DNA of 64,000 nucleotides from an uncultured Candidatus Saccharibacteria bacterium (lineage in GTDB: Bacteria > Patescibacteriota > Minisyncoccia > UBA6257 > UBA9933): the NCBI GenBank assembly GCA_964642155.1, contig CAZXNT010000002.1, forward strand, positions 1,801 to 65,800, read 5' to 3'. Of the stretch, positions 58,707 through 64,000 are shown piece by piece. The first letter of the stretch is position 1; every line of letters starts with the position of its first letter. A program made the translations under genes and the position numbers. The notes under the pieces are model-generated. The model was not told the origin of the DNA, made no database searches, and was given only the letters and a program-made list of their open reading frames with translations.

Positions 58707-59071
58707 TACAAGAACGTTCAATTTTAAAAGTAGCAGACAATAGCGGCGCTAAAATAGTTCGCTGTTTTAGGATTCTTGGCGGAACAAAACGTCATTATGC
58801 GGAAATAGGCGATGTGGTTGTCGCATCTGTTCAAGAAGCGGAACCGAGGAAGGCTGTTAAAAAGAAAGATATCGTGAGAGTGGTGATTGTTAGGCAGAGA
58901 AAGTCTTTGCGTCGCAACGACGGTTCTTACATCAGATTTAGTGAAAACGCCGTTGTGTTGATTGATGAAAAAAAAGAACCCAAAGCCACGAGAATTTTCG
59001 GTCCGGTTCCAAGGGAATTAAAAGAAAAAGGATTTGAAAAAATCGTTACAATGGCAGAAGAAATAGTTTAA
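58703..59071 (+). CDS. rplN: 50S ribosomal protein L14
   Basis: VADNSGA and TRIFGPV motifs. Confidence 0.98.
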   Translation: MIQERSILKVADNSGAKIVRCFRILGGTKRHYAEIGDVVVASVQEAEPRKAVKKKDIVRVVIVRQRKSLRRNDGSYIRFSENAVVLIDEKKEPKATRIFGPVPRELKEKGFEKIVTMAEEIV

Positions 59072-59105
59072 TAATAAAGTTTAAAAGTTTATAAGTTTAA
59101 AAGTT

Positions 59106-59411
59106 ATGAAAATTAGAAAAAATGACATAATTAAAATATTGACTGGTAAAGATAAGAACAAGACGGGTAAAGTTTTAAAAGTTTTTCCGGCTAAAAATAA
59201 AATTTTAGTTGAGAATTTGAATATTTTTAAAAAGCATGTTCGTCCCAAGAAGCAAGGAGAAAAAGGACAGATTATTTCTATTCCAAGGCCAATTGATGTT
59301 TCAAACGTGGCGATTCTTTGTTCATCTTGCGGAAAAACAACAAGAGTCGGATATAAAATAGATAAAGGAAATAAGACGAGAATTTGTAAAAGATGTTCCG
59401 CTAATATTTAA
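59106..59411 (+). CDS. rplX: 50S ribosomal protein L24
   Basis: GKDK.K.GKV and SNV motifs; CxxC pairs. Confidence 0.95.
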   Translation: MKIRKNDIIKILTGKDKNKTGKVLKVFPAKNKILVENLNIFKKHVRPKKQGEKGQIISIPRPIDVSNVAILCSSCGKTTRVGYKIDKGNKTRICKRCSANI

Positions 59412-59415
59412 TACA

Positions 59416-59946
59416 ATGAATAAGAAAATTATAAAAAAAACAAAAGTAAAATTCGAACATAAGAATGATTTAGCTATTCCGCGTTTGGAAAAAATTGTTA
59501 TTAATGTTGGAGTTGGAAAAATGAGTCAGCAGCCTAATTTTACCGATAAAATATTGCCGGAGATAGTAAGGGATTTTGCCACAATAACGGGACAAAAGCC
59601 GGCGTTAACATCGGCTAAAAAATCAATCGCGGGCTTTAAAACAAGAGAGGGACAGGTTGTGGGAATGAAAGCGACTTTACGGCGCCGGCGAATGAAAGAT
59701 TTTTTGGAAAGATTGGTTAAAATTACATTGCCTCGCGTGAAAGATTTTAAGGGGATTGACCTTAAAAATATTGACAGCAACGGCAATCTGACAATCGGAT
59801 TAAAAGAAAACGTCGTATTCCCGGAAATCAATCCAGAGCTCTTAAAATTTGACTTCGGATTGGAAATCAGTATTGTGAGTAATGCTAAAACAAAAGAAGA
59901 AGCAACGGAATTGTACAGAAAACTGGGAATACCGTTAAAGAAATAA
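59416..59946 (+). CDS. rplE: 50S ribosomal protein L5
   Basis: ITGQKP, SIAGFK.REG and LPRVKDF motifs. Confidence 0.97.
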   Translation: MNKKIIKKTKVKFEHKNDLAIPRLEKIVINVGVGKMSQQPNFTDKILPEIVRDFATITGQKPALTSAKKSIAGFKTREGQVVGMKATLRRRRMKDFLERLVKITLPRVKDFKGIDLKNIDSNGNLTIGLKENVVFPEINPELLKFDFGLEISIVSNAKTKEEATELYRKLGIPLKK

Positions 59947-60132
59947 ATGGCTAAAACATCAGTAATCGCAAGAGCAAAAAAGAAACCGAAATTTTCAACA
60001 CGAAGCGTACGTCGCTGTTTTAAATGCGGTAGGAAAAGAGGATATATCAGGGATTTTGGATTATGTAGAATTTGTTTCAGAGAAATGGCGAGCAGGGGAG
60101 AAATACCAGGAGTAAAGAAGGCATCATGGTAA
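59947..60132 (+). CDS. rpsN: 30S ribosomal protein S14, zinc-binding type Z
   Basis: [21 protein letters not shown]. Confidence 0.97.
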   Translation: MAKTSVIARAKKKPKFSTRSVRRCFKCGRKRGYIRDFGLCRICFREMASRGEIPGVKKASW

Positions 60133-60144
60133 AAATTATTTGAA

Positions 60145-60525
60145 ATGTATATAAATTTATTAACACAACTTAAAAATGCTCAGGCGGTAAAGAAAGAAAA
60201 TGTAAAAATTCCTTATTCAAAAATGGATGAAGGCGTTTTAAAAGTTTTAGCTTCTAATAATTATATAGAGAATTTTGAAAAGAAAGGGCAAAAAATCAAG
60301 CGTTATTTTGACGTTAAATTGAAATATGTTGAGAATAAGGGAGCGATTAATGGAATAAAATTAATTAGCAAGTCGTCTCGCCGTATTTATGTCGGCTTTG
60401 AAAAAATCAGGCTCGTGAAACATGGTTATGGATTAATAGTGATTTCAACTTCAAAAGGAATTATGGGCGGTCAAGAAGCCAGAAAAGCGAAAATGGGCGG
60501 ATTAGCGTTATTTGAAATATGGTAA
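60145..60525 (+). CDS. rpsH: 30S ribosomal protein S8
   Basis: ISK..RRIY and STSKGIM motifs. Confidence 0.95.
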   Translation: MYINLLTQLKNAQAVKKENVKIPYSKMDEGVLKVLASNNYIENFEKKGQKIKRYFDVKLKYVENKGAINGIKLISKSSRRIYVGFEKIRLVKHGYGLIVISTSKGIMGGQEARKAKMGGLALFEIW

Positions 60526-60534
60526 TCTAAAATT

Positions 60535-61095
60535 ATGAGTAAAATAGGAAAAAGACCAATAATTATACCCGAAGATGTTGACGTTAAAATTAACGGCGAT
60601 GTTTTTAATTTTAAAGGAAAAAACGGAGAATCTTCATTAAAAATTATGTTCGGCGTTAAAGTTGATATAGATAATCAGCTAGTTGGCGGGAAAAAAATTA
60701 TGGTGTCTCTTTTGGACGAATCTCGGCAATCAAAGGCCAATTGGGGAACTATGAGGGCGTTAATGAATAATGCTATAATCGGAGTGAAAGAAGGATTTGA
60801 AAAAATATTGGAGATTGAAGGAGTTGGTTATCGCACTTCAATGGATGGCAATAATTTATTACTGAATCTTGGATTCTCTCATCCGGTGAAAGTGGAGCCC
60901 CGAGAAGGGATAAAAATAGCGGTTGAAAAAAATACCATTAAAATTTCAGGAATTGATAAATTTTTAGTCGGTCAAACGGCGGCTGAGATAAGAGCCCTTA
61001 AAAAACCCGAACCGTATAAGGGCAAGGGGATTAGATATCAAGGGGAGATAATCAGGAGAAAGGAAGGCAAGAAAGCAGCTGGAGCAACAAAATAA
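60535..61095 (+). CDS. rplF: 50S ribosomal protein L6
   Basis: MSKIGK.PI, GVGY, LGFSHP and PEPYKGKGI motifs. Confidence 0.98.
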   Translation: MSKIGKRPIIIPEDVDVKINGDVFNFKGKNGESSLKIMFGVKVDIDNQLVGGKKIMVSLLDESRQSKANWGTMRALMNNAIIGVKEGFEKILEIEGVGYRTSMDGNNLLLNLGFSHPVKVEPREGIKIAVEKNTIKISGIDKFLVGQTAAEIRALKKPEPYKGKGIRYQGEIIRRKEGKKAAGATK

Positions 61096-61237
61096 TCCCT
61101 CACCCTTCAAAGATAATGAAGAGTTTGGGAAATAAAATATTTTTATGTTATATATAAAATAAATTAATTTAATCTTCACAAGATTTATCTTGTAAATTTT
61201 ATAAAAATTTACAAGCAATCTTTGAAGGGTGAGGGAT
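61095..61237. mobile_element. Stop-to-start inverted-repeat element, copy 4 (rplF/rplR), 143 bp
   Basis: 20-bp TIR at 61095-61114 and 61218-61237; interior nearly identical to copy 2. Confidence 0.85.
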
Positions 61238-61571
61238 GAACAAGAGAAAAAAATTAAACAAAATAAGAGAGCGCAGAAAAACGCGCGTGCGCGCTAAAAC
61301 TAAAGGAACGCCGGAGAAGCCGAGATTTTCTATTTTTAAAAGCAATCGTTATATTTACGCGCAATTAATTGATGATTCAACTGGTAAAACATTGGTTAGC
61401 GCGTCAAAAATTTCTTCAAAAGATGCTTCGACATTATTGGGAGAAATTATTGGAAAAAAATCGGTTGAAAAAGGAATAAAAAATGCGATTTTTGACAGGG
61501 GTGATTACAAATATCACGGCCGCGTTAAAGCTATTGCCGATGCCGCGCGGAAAACGGGATTAAAAATTTAA
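61236..61571 (+). CDS. rplR: 50S ribosomal protein L18
   Basis: SN..IYAQLIDD and FDRG.Y.YHGRV motifs. Confidence 0.97.
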   Translation: MNKRKKLNKIRERRKTRVRAKTKGTPEKPRFSIFKSNRYIYAQLIDDSTGKTLVSASKISSKDASTLLGEIIGKKSVEKGIKNAIFDRGDYKYHGRVKAIADAARKTGLKI

Positions 61572-61580
61572 TTATAAATA

Positions 61581-62084
61581 ATGAATCAACAAGGACAAAC
61601 AACTGAAAAAAGATTTTTAAGAGTATCGCGAGATATAAAGAGACAGCCTTCTGAATTTAAGGAAAAGGTTATTGACTTGCGGCGCGTTACCAGAGTTATG
61701 GCTGGCGGAAAACGTTTTAAATTCAGGGCAACCGTGGTCATCGGAAATGAAAAAGGCACTGTTGGTATAGGAATTGCCAAGGGAATGGATGTCATGCAGG
61801 CCGTTGATAAAGCCAAGATTGATGCCAAAAAACATTTAATAATATTAAAATTAAAAGGTAAGACAATACCGCATGAAGTTGAAGCTAAATTCAGCGCCGC
61901 AAAAGTGTTGATAAAGCCGGCAAAGGAGGGTCATGGTCTAAAAGCTGGAGGTTCAGTTAGGATTGTGCTTCTTTTAGTAGGAGTCAGGGATGCAACCGCG
62001 AAATGTCTTGGCGGCACTAAAAATAAATTAACAAATGCGATGGCGACGATAGAGGCGTTAAAGAAATTAAAGAATAAAGAATAA
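61581..62084 (+). CDS. rpsE: 30S ribosomal protein S5
   Basis: RVTRV..GGKRF.F, G.VG.G.AK and AGG.VR motifs. Confidence 0.97.
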   Translation: MNQQGQTTEKRFLRVSRDIKRQPSEFKEKVIDLRRVTRVMAGGKRFKFRATVVIGNEKGTVGIGIAKGMDVMQAVDKAKIDAKKHLIILKLKGKTIPHEVEAKFSAAKVLIKPAKEGHGLKAGGSVRIVLLLVGVRDATAKCLGGTKNKLTNAMATIEALKKLKNKE

Positions 62085-62129
62085 TGAAGTATGGTAGATA
62101 AATTTTATTATTTATAATTCTAAATTATT

Positions 62130-62549
62130 ATGCAATTACACGAATTAAAATCACAATTTAAAAAGAAAAATAAGAAACGTGTTGGGCGCGGAGGAAAGCG
62201 CGGTACTACTTCCGGGAAAGGGCAAAAAGGTCAGAAATCAAGAGCCGGACATCGCATCAAGCCGGCCGAAAGAGAAATGGTTCAGCGCTTGCCGAAACTT
62301 CGCGGCCTTAAAAATAAATCGCTTCAAAAGAAACCGGCGGTTATTAATATTGAAGACTTGAACAAGAAAATTGAAGGCGGAATAATAAACAGAGAGGTTT
62401 TGATTAAAGCGGGTTTAATGGAAAAATCAGACAAGAAAGTAAAAATTTTGGGTAATGGCGAAATTAAAAAAATTTTTCAAGTGGAGGGGTTGAAAATTTC
62501 CGAGAATGCCAAGAAAAAAATTGAAGCCGCTGGCGGAAAAGTAGTATGA
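62130..62549 (+). CDS. rplO: 50S ribosomal protein L15
   Basis: RVGRG, G.GQKGQKSRAG and KIEAAGG motifs. Confidence 0.97.
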   Translation: MQLHELKSQFKKKNKKRVGRGGKRGTTSGKGQKGQKSRAGHRIKPAEREMVQRLPKLRGLKNKSLQKKPAVINIEDLNKKIEGGIINREVLIKAGLMEKSDKKVKILGNGEIKKIFQVEGLKISENAKKKIEAAGGKVV

Positions 62550-62591
62550 CCAATATTCTTCAAATTAAATTTCATAAAATTTAAAAAAATT

Positions 62592-63860
62592 ATGACTAAT
62601 TTTTTTCAAATTTTTAAAATCAAAGACCTTCGCAATAAGATTTTCATTGTGGCTTTTTTATTGATTTGTTTCCGCGTTTTGACCGCGGTGCCTTTGCCGA
62701 ATATCGATGTTTTAAGATTAAAAGAATTTTTCGGGTCAAATCAATTATTCGGATTTCTAAGTATGTTTTCCGGCGGCGGTTTGGAAAACTTGTCAATCGC
62801 CATGCTTGGCGTCGCGCCGTATATTACGGCAACAATTATAATGCAACTTTTAACCATGATTTTTCCTCATTTGAAGGAAATTTATTATGAGGAAGGAGCG
62901 GCCGGTCGCGCAAAATTCAATCGTTATTCAAGATATTTAACTGTTCCGTTGGCGTTTTTGCAGGCCTACGGATTCTTGAATATTTTGCGCTCAAAAGCGG
63001 TAATCCCGCAATCAGGGTTGTTTGATATTGTAATTGACGTTCTTTTGGTTACGGCCGGAACAATGATTGTGGTTTGGCTTGGAGAATTAATCAGCGAACA
63101 AAAAATCGGCAACGGTATTTCTCTTATAATTTTTGCCGGCATTGTGAGCGGATTACCGACCATAATTTATAATGCCGTTATCTCGTATGACCCTTCGCAA
63201 TTGTTAACTTATGTTGTTTTCGCGGCAGTCGCGGTGGTGGTTATCGCGGGTGTGGTTTTTATCCAGGAGGGTGAAAGAAAAATACCGATTGTTTACGCCA
63301 AACGGGTGAGAGGAACAAAAATGTACGGCGGCGCTTCCAGTTATCTGCCGTTGAAAGTCAACCAAGCGGGTGTAATTCCGATTATTTTTGCTATTTCCAT
63401 TTTGCTTTTTCCCCAATTTTTTGCCCAAATCGCTTCTATTTTTTCTCAAGATTTTGCTTTAAAACTTAATGATTGGGTGAATACTTTTTTCGGCAACCAA
63501 TATGTTCATTCGTCTCTTTACTTTATTTTAGTCGTTGTTTTCACTTATTTTTATACGGCCGTTACTTTTGACCCGAAAGAAATTTCCAAGAATCTTCAGC
63601 GCGCCGGAGGTTTTATTTCCGGAGTCAGGCCGGGCGAATCAACATCCGCTATTTTATCAAAAATAATCAGCCGTCTTACTTTCAGCGGCGCGCTTTTTTT
63701 GGGATTAATCGCCATTTTACCGAATATTACCCAGATGATTACCGGAATTACGATATTTACCATCGGCGGCGCGGCGCTTCTTATCGTTGTTTCCGTGGCT
63801 TTAGAAACAATGAAACAGATAAATTCTCAATTGACGATGAGGGAATACGAGGAAATATAA
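62592..63860 (+). CDS. secY: Preprotein translocase SecY
   Basis: LG..PYITA.II.QLL, GNGISLIIF, PLKVNQAGVIP and G.RPG motifs. Confidence 0.98.
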   Translation: MTNFFQIFKIKDLRNKIFIVAFLLICFRVLTAVPLPNIDVLRLKEFFGSNQLFGFLSMFSGGGLENLSIAMLGVAPYITATIIMQLLTMIFPHLKEIYYEEGAAGRAKFNRYSRYLTVPLAFLQAYGFLNILRSKAVIPQSGLFDIVIDVLLVTAGTMIVVWLGELISEQKIGNGISLIIFAGIVSGLPTIIYNAVISYDPSQLLTYVVFAAVAVVVIAGVVFIQEGERKIPIVYAKRVRGTKMYGGASSYLPLKVNQAGVIPIIFAISILLFPQFFAQIASIFSQDFALKLNDWVNTFFGNQYVHSSLYFILVVVFTYFYTAVTFDPKEISKNLQRAGGFISGVRPGESTSAILSKIISRLTFSGALFLGLIAILPNITQMITGITIFTIGGAALLIVVSVALETMKQINSQLTMREYEEI

Positions 63861-63862
63861 TT

Positions 63863-64000
63863 ATGATAGCCATTATAATTTACGGACCTCCCGGTTCGGG
63901 CAAAGGCACTCAAGCCCAGCTTTTAGCCGATAAACTCGGTTTAATTCATTTTGATACAGGAAGATATCTTGAACAAATTATTTATAATCCCATTAACGCG
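63863..64000 (+). CDS. adk: Adenylate kinase, 3' partial
   Basis: MIAIIIYGPPGSGKGTQA..; canonical position after secY. Confidence 0.9.
   Translation, partial: MIAIIIYGPPGSGKGTQAQLLADKLGLIHFDTGRYLEQIIYNPINA

Noticed and set aside
44289-61237. TIR elements or heptamer arrays as a CRISPR array
   Set aside because: The repeats are inverted and dispersed, with no regular repeat-spacer period and no cas genes in the window.

Overview
A 64 kb AT-rich bacterial window read in standard code 11; TGA is a normal stop (infA, rpsU, rplO). It is most consistent with a Patescibacteria/Parcubacteria (CPR) chromosome. This is an inference from the missing rpmD between rpsE and rplO, few Shine-Dalgarno sites, several apparently leaderless genes, and CPR-type families such as DUF5667 and DUF5663. 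Content: a defence/cassette region (1-8.5 kb), rpmB/tRNA-Pro, rpsL-rpsG-fusA-rplM-rpsI, a NUDIX/kinase/glycosyltransferase island (19-25.8 kb), pfkB-fba-rpsU-ybeY-ftsA-ftsZ-nrdJ-pilB-mutM-pyrG-holA, the alpha cluster, tuf-rpsJ, an RM + HipA-like island that splits the S10 cluster, and rplC through secY-adk. Most striking signal: four 143-169 bp elements with an identical perfect 20-bp terminal inverted repeat (ATCCCTCACCCTTCAAAGAT). Each fills a ribosomal-protein intergenic region exactly from the stop codon to the next start codon, so removing it would leave a TAATG stop/start overlap. Other structured non-coding DNA: a three-hairpin cassette that carries a GIY-YIG nuclease in one of its two copies, repeated att-like sites with a conserved antisense peptide, palindromes and microsatellites inserted in frame in housekeeping genes, and two candidate structured RNAs. 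All product calls come from motif recognition by eye; no database search was run.
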